From: Squalus acanthias
Taxonomy: Eukaryota
NCBI GenBank assembly: GCA_030390025.1
Contig: CM059433.1
Location: 24,740,001 to 24,804,000 of the forward strand
Direction: 5' to 3'
DNA length: 64,000 nucleotides
Below the pieces are notes generated by a model. That model saw nothing but the letters and a program-made list of their open reading frames with translations, was not told the origin of the DNA and ran no database searches. Numbering within the stretch: position 1 is the stretch's first letter; every line of letters begins with the position of its first letter. Position numbers and translations under genes: made by a program. Positions 1 to 14,969 of the stretch are shown one piece after another.

Positions 1-179
1 GGGAACCCAGTAGCACAACCTGGTGGTTACATTGCACATTGAGTGACGACTTTTTCCATTTTAAATGTGACATGGAAATTTGTTATTTAAAAATAGTTGA
101 CATAAAAAGTGTGACAGAAATAACTAAGTCAAGTGGCCAAGTTGGGAAGTACATGCAGACAGTATTAGTAATTTTTATA

Positions 180-495
180 TTTTTCTCTCTGGCAAGTGGC
201 TCAAGAACTAGAGGCCATAGATTCAAAATCATTGGAAAAAGATCTAGGGGGGAGATGAGGAGAATTTTTTTCACAGAGTTGTCGGGATCTGGAACGCTCT
301 ACCTGAAAAGGTGGTGGAAGCTGATTCCATAAATAATTTTAACAGGGAATTGGACAGGTACTTGAGATGAAGAACTTACAGGGTTACGGACAAAAAGCAG
401 GGATGTGGGACTAAGCACAACTGCTCTTTCAAAGAGCGAGCGCAAGCACGACGGGCCGAATGGCCTCCTTCTGTGCTGTTTGGTTCTATGATTCA
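180..495 (+). mobile_element. CR1 LINE 3' fragment
   Basis: Encodes SRTRGHRFKI..FFT (CR1 ORF2 C-terminus) and ends in the tail gggccgaatggcctccttctgtgctg..ttctatgattc. Confidence 0.85.
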
Positions 496-911
496 GATGC
501 AGTTATTGTTGGATAAACACTGATGGATGAGTTCTACTCTAATAGCTAAAGAAGCTTTGAAGTAAATTTTCACCAAATGTGCAGGTGTATTTAACATACA
601 AACTTTAATTTATGTGTTTTCTAAAGAAATTGAGAAGTGCTAATCTTTTAATATTTAGTTAGTTGAACATTCCTTTTCACTTCTCATTAGCTTAGTCTTT
701 TAGATGCTAAGTTAACAAAAACTTCTGTTAAGTACTTGCTTACCACTTTGGAATTTTGGAAACGGTTGACTACAAATACAAACACAGAAGCTTTTTTTTA
801 AATATAAAAAAAAAAGTGTTTGAAATCAGTGGGAGAGAAATTGCCCTTCTCCGCAGTGTGCTTTACCACTAAACTTTTCATGTATGGACATGAGTTCTGT
901 TTTCTTTTTAA

Positions 912-1082
<171 letters not shown>

Positions 1083-2580
1083 TGAAATTGGTGCGGTATG
1101 TCTGGGAGGACTTTAAAATGCTTTCACCAAGTTTATTTCCTCAGGTTACTTTTTTTTTTAGAGCTATCAGTTAGGGAAATATTGTCTTCTGGAAGAATAT
1201 TTTACTCTCCTAGGGAAGTCTGCTATCTGTGTATGTCTATTTTATATTTTAATTTGACTGTGCGCTCAAGAATGTAAATGCCAATACATTTTGAAATCTT
1301 TCTTCCCTCTTCCCCTTCCCTCTGATGATTTTATTTTTAAATCGTTTGTCCCAAGAGGTGAAACTCTAGATTTTTGGGAGATTGCTCCAGGGACAATTTG
1401 GTGAAAACAGCAAAGCTTAAAGCACTTGTGTGAAATGTCTGTCAGCAGTAGAGCTGTGTGAGAGTCCCACTGCAGGCACGATGAGCTGAATGGCCACTTT
1501 CTGTCCTGTAAAATTCCATGTCTGGTTTACTGTTTGCTAACACACTGAGGAAAAGCACAGTGCTTTCATATTCATCTGGCTTTATAAAATTTTGAAAGAA
1601 ACTAGCACCAAACTGTAATTGTGCCCTAATAAGCTTTGCCTTCAGTTTTTTAGAGGGTGGATCTCCAGGCTTGAGAATACTTGCTTGAGTGACCTTCACT
1701 GCGAGCCTCTCGGGCAGCTCTCTCACTATATTGAGTAGTCCAATCCTGGATGTTGATTACAGCACTCCAGTGCAACTAAAGATAATTGCATCATTTATGG
1801 GGGTAAGTAATTTGCCCCTCATTTATGACTGCACTCCCCTCCGAGGTAGCCCTACCTTCTGATGTGGTACCTTTAATATAAAGTGGCATAGAAATAAAAA
1901 CGTGCTTGTATTAGGGGAATGATCATTTATATCACTATGTAGTTAAACTAAATTTGGATGACATATAACTTAAACCTGCTGTGAACTTACGGTGCTTACT
2001 CTTTAGGTGTTTTAAGTATAAACCTGTTGAAAAAAGCTGCTTCCCTCCAAACTCACCAATCATCTTTGAGATATATTGCTGATTTTTGTCTGCAGTATAT
2101 CTGTCAGTTTTACTTTGCTTTGATTTCCTGGTTCCTTGGTTGCTGCTCAGTGAGCGACATAAATGCGGTACCAGTTTGAAAGCTTTTTCTCTATTGCATT
2201 GTAACACATACTGGTAGGATGTGGCTTCATACACTGGTAGCTATTTCAGAACAGGCCTGGGAGCAGTTCACTCTCCCAGTTGGAATGGTTGGTTTAGAAA
2301 GAAAATACCAGTGAATTTTATTCTCAGAAACAAGGAAAGTCTAGATTGGATGGACTTTGCTCCCTCCTTCTGTGCATTGTCCCTTAAAGGGATTGCTCCT
2401 ACTTGAGATTTCCTTTATCCAGTTAAGCAGGCACTTCTGATTGATAATCTCCACTAACTGGTATAAACCCAAGACAAACTTCTTGGTTCTTTAACTAATG
2501 AAGATCGTAACATTATTTGTACTATGATTAGAACCAAATTAATGACTCTATCGATCAGAGTCCAAAAAAATTCAGCTTAA

Positions 2581-2922
<342 letters not shown>

Positions 2923-3059
2923 TAATTCTTGCTGAGATTGCATCAGTAACTTCAGAATAAAGTCTGTGTCTGTCTTCTCCCCATCCTTCATCTCCCCAGT
3001 TCAGTTGAGGCAAAATGACACTGGAAATGTTGTCACTCTAATGTGGTTTTGCAGCATCA

Positions 3060-3820
3060 AGTTACATTGAGTCTACAGCACAGAAACAGGCCATTCGGCC
3101 CAACTGGTCTGTGCCGATGTTTATTCTCCACACGAGCCTCTAACTCCTATCAGCATAACCTTCTATTTCTTTATCCCTCATCTGTTTATCTAGCTTCCCC
3201 TTAAATACATCGATGCTATTTGCCTCTACTACTACTCCTTGTGCTAGCGCATTCCACATTCTGACCACTCTTTGGGTAAAGAGATTTTTCCTGAATTCCC
3301 TATTGGATTTATTAGTGACTATCTTATATTTATGACCTCTAGTTTTCAACTCTCCCACAAGTCGAACCATTTTCTCTGTCTACCCAATCAAACCGTTTCA
3401 TTATCTTAAAGACATCTATCAGGTCACCTCTCAGCCTTCTCTTTTCTCGAAAAAAAGAGCCCCAGCCTTTCCTGATAACTACATCCTCTCAGTTCTGGAA
3501 TCATCTCTGTGAATCTTTTTTGCACTTTCTCCAATGTCTCTATATCCTTTTATAATATGGAGACCAGAACTGTGCACAGTAACTCCAAGTGTGGTCTAAC
3601 CAAGGTTCTGTACAAGTTTAACATAACTTGTCTTTTCAATTCTATTCCTCTATAAATGAACCCCAGTGCTTTATTTGCTTTTTTATGGCCTTAGTAACCT
3701 GCATCGTTACTTTGTGATTTGTGTATCTGAACCCCTAGATCCCCTTTGCTGCTCTACCACATTCAGACGAAGCAGTATGTGGCCTCCTTATTCTTCTGAC
3801 CAAAATATACCACTCTACAC
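3060..3820 (-). mobile_element. CR1 LINE 3' fragment
   Basis: ORF 3140..3370 TRGHKYKI..FTQRVVRMWNAL; CR1 tail on the minus strand near 3070-3110. Confidence 0.9.
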
Positions 3821-4491
3821 TAACTCATGCATACATAACTGGCATTAACACCTGCCAAAATCTTTAAATACTGTGCAAAATGATGTTGTCCATTCACAAT
3901 TGTTAATGTTCTTGTGACTGTTGCATAACTGTCACTGAAACATAATGCACAATTTGCCACAGTTGCCTCAGATCCTTGAAACGCACTTGTAAAGAACCAT
4001 TGCTCTATATTTTCAACATTATTCGGAACGAGCTAGATGAGCACAGTAAGTCGAAGAGCTCTGGCCATGTCTTGTCTCATTGACGACCAATGCTGAGGAA
4101 ACTCTAGCACTGCAGGATGCTGAGCACTCGAACAGTTTTATATTTCGAACGATGCTGAGATGGTGACGGTCCCTTTGTGCTAAAAGTTCAACAAGAGAAT
4201 GCCAGCCTCCAGGCACCATCAGCAGCAAATTCAATGCAAATTAAGGATAGATAACTCCCAATTAGGGTTCCCAACTCTGCTTGGAGGCATTCCTGGAGGT
4301 TTGATCGCATGATGTTCTGACCACATGTCCACTGACCATGATCACATATGCCTGATCACATGACTTCTACAAATGTTATTGCATTTACTGCATAAAGTTT
4401 GGGTCTCCTGTAGTTGTGTATCTTTGCTCGCGGTTTCGCACCAGCAGCTGTTGTGTGAGAAGTTCCAGGAACCAGGAAGCCACCTGTGAGC

Positions 4492-4980
4492 AGGGGACGC
4501 TGAGGGCGGGGGGAGAAGAGGGGACGCTGAGGGCGGGGGTGGGGTGGGGGGGAGAAGAGGGGACGCTGAGGGCGGGGGTGGGGGTGGGGGGAGAAGAGGG
4601 GACGCTGAGGGCGGGGGGGGTGGGGGGAGAAGGAGGGGACGCTGTGGGGGGGGTGGGGAGGGGGAAGAGGGGACGCTGAGGGCGGGGGTGGGGGTGGGGG
4701 GAGAAGAGGGGATGCTGAGGGCGGGGGGAGAAGAGGGGACGCTGAGGGGGGTGGGGGAGAAGAGGGGATGCTGAGGGGGGTGGGGGAGAAGAGGGGACGC
4801 TGAGGGCGGGGGGAGAAGAGGGGACGCTGAGGGGGGTGGGGGAGAAGAGGGGACGCTGAGGGCGGAGGGAGAAGAGGGGACGCTGAGGGCGGAGGGAGAA
4901 GAGGGGACGCTGAGGGGGGTGGGGAGAAGAGGGGACGCCGAGGGCCGGGGGAGAAGAGGGGACGCTGAGGGCGGGGGGGC
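4492..4980. repeat. G-rich minisatellite, variable unit of about 27-40 bp
   Basis: Tandem copies of GGGGGAGAAGAGGGGACGCTGAGGGC with optional GGGGGTGGGGT spacer. Confidence 0.95.
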
Positions 4981-5574
4981 GATTTACAGAGGGGAAACCA
5001 GAGATGGAAGGAACTTTGATTCCACCAGTAACTAATGCTAACTCACTGAAACTGTGTTGATAACTAATAATACTGGTAACACTCCGATTCCCTCATAACC
5101 AACAGTAATAAATAACTCTCAGATGGTCCTTGTGTAACTGGTAGTAATAGGTGCAGTGCCCCGATATTCTAAGTTGTAACTAATAGTAATCCTATAATCC
5201 GCTGATAATTCGCTCTGAAACCATTGCCACAGATACCCTGCACTGCACAAGGTGTGGTCAGGCTCCCCGGTTGATGCCACTTTTAACAGGTCCTCATCTC
5301 TCTCCCTATCTCCTTAGACTCAGATTTGGACTCCGGTTCCGTGTGACGGTAACAATTCTGAACTGGGAACCTCAGTCAGAGCTCATCCGTGCTTCAACTT
5401 CACACATCAAAACCGGGCGGTACAGACCGACCTGAGCCAAACCAAGAGATCGCACGTAGGGCAGTGGGCTCAGTGTTTGGGGCACTTCTCACAGGGCACA
5501 TTGTCCTAAACTCAACTCAGCTCAACAGCAACATTTCTAAACCACTCCCTGAGCTCGGACTCGATAAAGAAGAG

Positions 5575-5900
5575 TTTCTATCGAATTATAGAAATTGCAG
5601 CACGGGGAGGCCATTCGGCCCCCGGTCCCTGTGCTCTCGCTCTCTTCTGTAACCCCATTCCCCCCAGATCCTTTTATATTCCTCCTTTTCAAATATTTAT
5701 CCCCTTCCCTTTTAAATTAATTTTGAGTCTCTACCTCAATAGCCACATGTGGTGAACTATCCCACGGTTTATTAACCCTCAGTTCAAGAACCTTCCTCCT
5801 CCCTTCCCTCTTGATTCTTCCAGTGTGAATCCTTGGCTTCCATTCCCTGGTTTCCCATTCGCTCACCAGAGGAATCATTCTTTCACTATTTATCCACAGT
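5575..5900 (-). mobile_element. Degenerate CR1 3' end
   Basis: atagaaattgcagcacggggaggccattcggccc matches the CR1 tail of other copies in the window. Confidence 0.6.
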
Positions 5901-6049
5901 AAGGTCTCCAGGTTTCACTCGCCCCTTTATTGGCTGCTCCCGCTCACCACAGTGCTGCTGCTAGTCCCGCTCTGAAGGAATTGCTGGTCCCCACCCCACT
6001 CCATTCTCCCGACCCCCAGTTCAATTCTTCCTTCTAACCTCCTCCCTCA

Positions 6050-6345
6050 CGCCCCCCCGAGCCCCCATTCCTCAGTCTCCATCACTTCTCCCCCTCCCCC
6101 GAGTCCCCATTCCCCAGTATTCATCTCTTCCCCCATTCCGCAGTCTCCATCACTTCTCCCCCCTCCCCCGAGTCCCCATTCCCCAGTCTCCCTCTCTCCC
6201 CAAGCCCTCATTCCCCAGTCTCCATCTCTTCCAAGCCCCCATTCCAATCTCCATCTCTCCCCACCTCAAGCCCTCATTCCCCATTCCTCATCTCTAGTCC
6301 GAGTCCCCATTCCCCATCTCTAGTCTGAGTGCCAATTACCCAGCC
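6050..6345. repeat. C-rich degenerate tandem repeat
   Basis: Repeated CCCCGAGTCCCCATTCCCCAGTCTCCATCTCT-like units. Confidence 0.85.
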
Positions 6346-8733
6346 TCAGTGGAGCATTCGGAGGCTTCCCAAGCCATAACCTTTGAAAGTGCCTCTAAAT
6401 GAGGCCAGTTTTTGCAATAGCATCATAAGCAATGGTCCATTCCAGGCATTTTTGAAAGAATTTTGGCACTCCTTTTTACATGGTACTGTGCTCGCAGACT
6501 CCCAAAGGGTCCTCGCACACTCCACTAGCTTTCTTTAACAATCTACTAATCAGTGGTGATGATGGTGGGTGACTCTGAGTACAGTATTACAGCTCAGGAG
6601 TGGATATTGGATATATTGATTGAAATATCTAAGGAGTATCTCTCCTGCTTGTAGATTCATATCAGTACTTGGGGATTCTGGCGGTGGCAACTTGACATTC
6701 GACATAGTGGGACTGTTTATTTGTGCTGTATAAAATGTGACCAAACAGTTCTCCTTTTATAGTTCGGAGCTCCTGGGAGTTATCTGGAGGCTGGGCATGA
6801 GACCACACGTCATGTATCAATGTTTTGGTGGCTACCATGTTGGAAAATGGAACTGAGCCTGTTCCTATGTTCCATGGCAGAATCTGTAATCCAGTGTCTG
6901 AACCAGGCTGGTTCACCCAGATGCTGTTTGATTGACCTGCCAGAACTCCTGAACAAGCCCGTGACTTGGTGGAACCAATAAAAGCTCTGCTCCCTGGCAG
7001 ATTAGAACCCCACAACCATTGGAGACTCAAGTACACCTTGAAGCTTCCTTATCTATTAACAGACATTTTGGAATGTAACGGTTCATGCCCCACCCCCACA
7101 AGGAAAGGAAGGGATGGTGGAATGAGGAGAGAGAACTTGCCCAATTGTTTGAGTGCATTATTAGACCAAAACTTCAAATGTACAGAACCATTTAATGTGA
7201 CTGTTGTCTCTAACCTCTGTGGAGGCCTTCCTTCAGATCTTGCATGGGCCACATCAGGTAGTTTTCATTTTACCATTTAATGTTTTGGGCAGTGGCGGTT
7301 ATCAGATGTGCATTGCATTTAGAAAAAGTAGATAGATATTATGAAAGCAAGGAGTCTAGCATTGGGAAATGGGTGTCTTCTGATTGCTGACTTTGCTTTC
7401 AGAGCCAGTAACTATGTTCCGAATCCTGTTAACATGACAGTTTGTGTTGCTCAATTTTAAAAAGTCCCACGTATGACTGTCTCAAACACTTCTAATTGAT
7501 CATCCGTCACTCCGTGTCATGGTTCTCTACATAATTAATACTGCTTAGTATACTGATAATGTATATTAAAATATTGCAGCTCACCATGTTTCTGATTCCT
7601 GTAAACAACCCTGGCAATCAGCAATAGGTTCTATTGTGGTTGCCCTGGGGATATTGATGATTGCTAGGAATATTACATGGGTTGTTTGCCCTTTTCTGCA
7701 AGATCTATAACTATTTTTTGCATGGGGAACACTAATCTCATGCTTTTCCACTTTGGTGTTTTTGTAAGGAGATTGCTGGTGTAGTTATCAGTTGTTGGCA
7801 ATAGATCAGTTTTTTTTGTTCCCTCTTAATCTTGCCTCAGTCTTTGATTTTATCTGCTTGAGGTATCCTGCACAGTAGTTCAGTCCACATTCACACAGTT
7901 GGAGAAATGGGCTGTCATACCATCATGGAGGATGCTGGACAGCACTTAGAAGGAAACTGAGTGTGTGTGTGTGTATTTTTTATTATTGAGTCACTGAGTT
8001 GAAGAACCAAGTACGCCAATGTGAGGAATTCTCTCACGTGGTTTATGGGGACGATTTGGGGAGACTGAAGTCAGAGTGCCAGGTCTACCTCATTGGTGAG
8101 TTGGTCAGTTTTACCAGACTCTTTCCTGCAGCCCTCTGGATCTTTTGAGTTTGCCCCAAAATTGATCCTTTCTCACCACATTTCCTCCCGTACTCCTTCA
8201 GGATTCCAATTTTCCATTTGATATCCCAACACTTACCTGCAATATGTTGTTTGACACAGCAATATGCAACCCAGTGTTTTGACTTGAATTGTATTTTTTA
8301 AAACTGAGCAAACTATTAGTTGCACAGTTTAATTTCAATAAATTCTACTTGGATGCTGGTGAAGAGGAGTTGTGAAGTAAAATAACCGTATGAGCCGCAA
8401 TCCACATAACTTGGAGCAAGCGTCCAATTTAGTGTTGGTTTGAACTTCAAATATTTAGTTAAGAATGAGATGAGCAAAGACTGATGATTCCTAAGCTGAT
8501 GTGACCACTGGAATATCAATAGTGAAAAGGAGATATTTATATCCAAGAGAATATATGTGTGTATTGAAAACTGTCATGAAAATCATTTGAGTTAAACCCT
8601 ATTTTTTTTAAAAATTTGATCGTACTTCCAGTGTTTGGATAGATAAGGAAATAAGAACTTTTTATACTTGGAAAATCCTTTTTAATATTTGAACAACATT
8701 ATGAACTGAACAGATTTTGGATGTATTGCATAA

Positions 8734-8877
<144 letters not shown>

Positions 8878-11800
8878 TGATGAAGCTGGTGTTTAGAAAT
8901 CATCTCAATTAGTGCTTCTTGAATGTGAAGATGGTGTGTTTTTTTAAGTGCGTGCTTGCAGCAATCACTAGGATCACATTCATAACACCTCTTGGACACC
9001 TTTTAGATGTCCTGGTGAAGAGAGAGATTTCTCATATTGCTGCTACGCAATCGAAGTTTTTAAGAAGGCACCTGGCGCCTGTCAGGTTCGCAGTCTTGGA
9101 AAGATTAATTTTCCAGAATGAGAACCACTCGGGTTTTCTGAAAGCTGATCAAGTTCAGGCCCTTCCTAAGTAACCTCTGGTACCTGCGTACATTGCGCGC
9201 TAGGACTTGAACTATTATTAAAGAGGAAGTCATTTAAATGATCTGTTTGTTATCTCAAAACTTTTTACTTTGTTGTTGAAATTATAACTGAATTACTGGA
9301 AACTTTACTAGTTTATGATGTAAGCAAATCAATTTTTTATAAATTAGTCAGGATGCATAAACTGTAGCGCTTCAAAGTGTTTGAGTGTTTCTAAGGCATG
9401 ATTCAAAAGAAAAGGCATTTCTAACGTACCCTAAAATCTGGTGTACAATTTCTGCATATGCATATGGCTTCACCTATTTTACTGTTGTCATATCCATGCA
9501 AACAATGTCACTCCAGTGCATAAGGCAGTTCCCTACAATTAGAAGACATGGGATATGCATTATTTCTATTTCCCTTGCCCCATTTTAAATCTAATATCTT
9601 CCATCGTTAAATGTTTTTAAGTCTTCTCCGCCATCCCTCATCTGACCACTTTAAAACCAAGTGCTATGTATGCAAATATGACCCAAAGTACCCTGCCCAA
9701 TGACTTCCCTTCTTTTCCATGCTCTTCCTGCCCACCTCTCCCCACCCTCCTTGGCCGTGTGAAGGTATATCTTGCTATCTGAAGCCATTGTCAGTCAGAG
9801 TTGTAAACTTGCTGCCTGGGGAATTGAGTGCAGTCTGTTGATGCACCAGTATCATGCATAAAACTTATTAGCTGTAATGTAATACTGTCACATTTTAAAA
9901 CTTGCATGTCGATGTAATTTTTAGAAAAGCATGCTGACACTTGGTTTGTTTGTACTGCACTTCAGATTAAGTGAGATGAGTTTAATTAAGGAGGCTGGGT
10001 TCAGTTAATTCCCATGCCGTTTGAAGTAAATGTCAACACTTCTATTATTAAATACAGAAACTAATGCGCCTTTCATGTTCATCTAATATTTATTCAATTT
10101 GATATACTTTCTGGTACAAGTGAGCGTGATGAGCACATCATGTAGCAAAGCAGGTTATGCCAAACTAAGTTCAGTAACTTGATGGCGTCCCATTGAGTCA
10201 GCAATCACGTTAAAATTACAAAGATCCCTGATAAACTTGTTTTCTTTCAAAATGATCATTTAATTCTTGAAGCGTGTTGAAAACTTGAAAATTCTGCCAA
10301 TTTAGAATACAGTCAAGTTTTTCGGAAAGTTCAGCATAGGAGGGACTTAGTTTATAACTGCAGGAGAAAAACATGACTAGGTTAATTATTGTCAACACTA
10401 TCTTCTAATTGCAAAGTTCTATGAGGATTTGAAAGCTTAATCTTTTGACGTTTTTACTTCCTGTGAATGTTCGCTGCTTGGGAAATGAGTGAAATAGAAA
10501 TGTAAACCTGTGAGTATGCTTGTATGTGAAGTCCATTTGCGATTGCACACAATCATGAAATGCTGTATTCTAGTTTGGGATCTTTGTTTGCTTGGCTTCA
10601 TGTATTGCATTTCATGTCCTGCTTAGATTGTTTGCAGCTTTGATATATTAACAAAACTGAATGTTTGACTGAAACAGCATGAGCATGCAAAAAATGATTG
10701 TCTTTTTCGATGGTTCTGGGATGTTCCAGATGAATGTGGATATTATGTGAATTTAAGGCATTATTAACTTCAAGCACCATTGTTCAATTTTTATAATCGG
10801 GTTGCAGCGGGTGAATGTCGAGGCAGTGAGTAGTAAACAATGTTAGGGTCGTTTGTAAAATATTCTTGGAAAGTTATGATTTTATAGTTTAAAAATAATG
10901 TTCCTGTCGGTTGTCCTTGACTGGAGGCTTAGCTTCCTGATGGTAAACACTCTGGTTTTTGACACAAAACCTCATTGCAGATCCCAGTGATCATAACTGC
11001 AATGATGAGGAAAAATTGGTGGTGGTATTGGTAGGTAATCTCCCATGGTGAAAATCAAAATGGACAGATGTAGAAATGATAAAATATCCTTCTCATTTGG
11101 AGTGTTTTTAAGGCAGGTTTAAATTAAATGTATAAAACATTTAAACCTGCTTGTGCCTTTTATAACCCACTGTGATCTCTGTAAAATGTATACAACTAAT
11201 ATACATTAGTTATCAGGGAGATAGTAAATACCGTAACGTCAAGTGAAACCATATTTGCTGTATTATTGGAAATGTTCACTTTTCACCTGTGCTATGCTCA
11301 TTTTCTCTACCACATGGCTTTTTAAAAAAGATTTGATATCTGTATGAATGTGTGTGGCTGTTTATATACAGTAAATAGCAGGTAGTGACTTGAGGCTTAA
11401 TATTGCGGTTCAAGTAAGATAAACTGCCCAGTTTTACTCACTCATATGTCTTCTATCTTCAGATATAGCTTCTTGTCCAACAATGTTTTCTCCACTGTGT
11501 CTGAACTGAAGCTTTAGTGTCCCATTTTTGTTTTGCAGGCTGCTTCATTCCTGAGGTAGCGCAGCGCAAAATTTTGCATCTTTTTTTACAGTGCACATTT
11601 ACTTTGAGGATGATTTAGTCCACAAGCTCCAATCTGCCATCTGTGTATGATACTCTACATCTTGTCACTACAAAACATTTCCCATGTTAATGATAGAAGA
11701 TGAGCACTTTGTTTTGAGTCAGATGTCAGGCCATGGAGAGAAGGTGGTCGCATGCTACTTTCTCTTCATGCTGGTTGCAGTGTAATCAAACAAAGCAACT

Positions 11801-13337
11801 TTAAACTTCTAAAAAGAACTCTGGCAGTTCTCCGAGACACCTTTATATTCCTAATGTTTAAAAAGAACTGACTTTTCTCGTTAACGGTTTACATGAGAAA
11901 TTTTACCAGCAATCGAAGGCCAGTGAACCGAGCTCTGCATGTATTTAAATACGCCTGCACAGATTTCTGGTTTCCCTTGATTACAGAGCAGGAGCACTGT
12001 AACCCATCAGTGGTGCCCACTAGCAGTGCTCAAATTGAAGTTATTACTGTGAGACTGGTACTTATTCTATTAGTGAACCATGCAAGGTTGAGTTAGACGA
12101 CAGGCTCCAATCTGCCATTTGTGTATGATACCAGCTTTACCCTTGAGAGGTCCTAACATACAGGAGGACTTATTCCTGCTCTAAATTGAGTTTATTTTAG
12201 GTAGTGATGATGCACAAAAATAAAAATCGGAGGAGAATTATTATATTTTTTAAAATGCAGTCCCATTCGAGCAGATGTTTCCCAACTTCTGAACAAAACA
12301 GATTTAATTTTAAGACCCGTTTCCTTGTAATTAACTCGAACAGTCAAGTACAGATTTCTTTTTAGTTCAACAATTTTGAAGTGTAGTTCTTTCTTGGAAC
12401 CTAGCTTGGCAATGGGGAAACTTTGGAAACGTGTTCAAGGATCTCAGAAGACATCCAAGTACTTTTTTATGGTCAAGCCCACGCGGAAGGTTTTCTGAAG
12501 CTTGTTCTTTCAAATGCATTTTGAGAGAGTGCAAGCAGTTATATACCTATCTTGCTTCAGTCAGTTAAATTAAATGTGATGAGTTATTAAGAGGCTTCAG
12601 TTGCAGGTTTTCCTCATTTTAAATACCTGAAAAAAGATGTCATTGGTTTTGCTGGAAGAATGCAGAAGCCAATCTTGGATAATAATACTAATGGATGAGG
12701 AGGAAACCATGGTGTAACTTTCCAGATCATTACAGCAGTATAAGACTATTTTATAAAATGATTTATTTTGATGTTCAGAGACTTTAGGATTGACAGTAGA
12801 AGCAAAAATGTGCAACGGCTTTGTGGGGAGGTTTGTGGTCACTTTAATCTGACTGAATATGTTAAAAGCACTGGTCTTTGAGTAGTCCAGCTATAGGAAT
12901 CCTGTAGCTGGGTGAAAGGCAAGAAGGTAGTGCAAGATGAGCATGTTTCACTGCCAACTTTGAGAAATTTATCAAGAGATCAGGAATGTCTTGGCATATT
13001 GTGGTTGGTCAGAGCCTGCTTCAAGACAAGATTGCTGTCCAGTGTTGTCTGCAAAAGGCTGATTCCTCTGTGCCCCAAACCTCCCGAGAGGTTATTAGAG
13101 GCTACCTGAAACATTTTAGGCATACTCAGGATGCCAGGTGACCTTTTGTTGGATCTCGCCTTAAGCAGCAGCAGTAGTATTGGGAAACATGAGTGAAGTG
13201 TTGAGTGGGCCATTGTGGATAACTGCAACAAAGGCCCCATTTCCACCATCTCCATGGAAATTGTTGATGGGCAGAGTTGTGGGAGATAATATGTTTCCCA
13301 CGACCTTTTTGTGTCATACCTGCTTGCCTTTTACCTA

Positions 13338-13557
13338 CCTTCAGCTGCCTGGGTTGTAAGCTCTTGAATTCCCTCCCTAAACCTCTCCGCCTCTCTACCT
13401 GCCTCTCCTCCTTTAAGATGCTCCTTCAAGCCTTCCTCTTCCTGCCCTAATATCTCCTTGTGTGGCTCGGTGTCAATATTGTTTGGTAACGCTCCTGTGA
13501 AGCCCCTTTGGGACGTTTTGTTATGTTAAAGGCACTATATAAATGCAGGTTGTTGTT
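13338..13557 (+). mobile_element. L2 LINE 3' tail
   Basis: ccttcagctgcctggg..gaattccctccctaaacctctccgcc..ttaaaggcactatataaatgcaggttgttgtt; same tail as 14300-14547. Confidence 0.85.
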
Positions 13558-13749
13558 AGACTTAATGCATTGAACTGTGCTCATCTCTACTACCATAAGA
13601 GAGCTATAACCATTTCACTTTAGTGTTACATAGTTCAACACAACTTTGAACGATCTGAATCTATAATTTTAATCATATTTAAGTGCAAAATTTCACATTT
13701 TTCAAACATTGCACTTGTGTACGCATTTGCGACTTACTACTGTACTTTG

Positions 13750-14547
13750 ACATCCCTCTCCCTAACATCTGCCTGAGGCTGAACCACACTGTTCGCAACT
13801 TGGTGTCATATTTGACCCTGAAATGAGCTTCCGACCACATATCCGCAGCATAACAAAGACCGCCTATTTCCACCTCCGTAACATCGCCTGTCTCTGCCCT
13901 TGCCTCAGCTCATCCGCTGCTGAAACCCTTATTCATGCCATTGTTACCTCTAGACTTGACTATTCCAACGCACTCCTGGCTGGCCTCCCACATTCTACCC
14001 TATGTAAACTTGAGGTGATCCAAAACTCGGCTGCCCGTGTCCTAACTCGCACCAAGTCCCGTTCGCCCATCACCCCTGTGCTCGCTGACCTACATTGGCC
14101 CCCGGTTAAGCAGCGCCTCGATTTCAAAATTCTCATCCTTGTTTTCAAATCCCTCCATGGCCTCGCCCCTCCCTATCTCTGTAATCTCCTTCAGCCCCAC
14201 AAATCACCCCCCCCCCCCCCCCCCCTGCCCCGAGATATCTGCGCTCCTCTAATTCTGTCCTCTTGAGCATCCCTGATTATAATCGCTCAACCTTTGGTGG
14301 CCGTGCTTTCTGTTGCCTCGGCCCTAAGCTCTGGAATTCCCTGCCTAAACCTCTCCGCCTCGCTACCTGTCTTTCCTCTTTTAAGACGCTCCTTAAAACC
14401 TACCTCTTTGACCAAGCTTTTGGTCACCTGCCCTAATTTATCCTTATGTGGCTCGGTGTCTAATTTTTTGTCTTTTAATAATCCTGTGCAGCGCCCTGGG
14501 ACGTTTTACTACATTAAAGGCACTATATAAATACAAGTTGTTGTTGT
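13750..14547 (+). mobile_element. L2 LINE 3' part (RT C-terminus plus tail)
   Basis: ORF 13823..14266 HLRNIA..ETLIHAIVTSRLDYSNALLAG..IQNSAARVLT..ITPVLADLHWPPV, typical L2; (TTG)n tail. Confidence 0.93.
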
Positions 14548-14969
14548 ACAATAGTGTTAAAAAAAAATCCTGTCGGAAAGGGAAGGATGATATTTAACTG
14601 ATAATTATAGTGTATCTGTTTGACTAACATCTGTCTACTTGTTTAGAGGTTCTTGTCATTAATGGCCTTTTAGACATCACAATGTTTCTGTCATGGAGTG
14701 TACATGCAGATATAGTAAATATGAAATCTGATATTGGGACATATATTTAATCAGTACATAGATGAGGTGAAGTAGATTCATGCAAAGTACACGCAGTATT
14801 ACTGTCTTAAGACGCACCTACATTTGATTGCTGATTTTTAAATTTATTTTAATTTCATTCATGAAAACTGGTTACTGGTTTGAGCAGCAAATTACTGCAT
14901 GGTGATGTTTACAGACTTCTATTTCATTGTTTTGTTATTTCCTGAAAATATTCATTCATATTCAAAATT

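Noticed and set aside
4416..4774. Gly-rich ORFs
   Set aside because: Translations of the minisatellite.
4263..6800. hAT-type element starting TAGGGTTCCCAACT that might enclose both minisatellites
   Set aside because: No convincing right TIR or 8-bp TSD found.
12576..12630. Box C/D snoRNA (GTGATGA..CTGA)
   Set aside because: Short, no terminal stem, no recognisable guide; a similar C box near 10126 lacks a D box.
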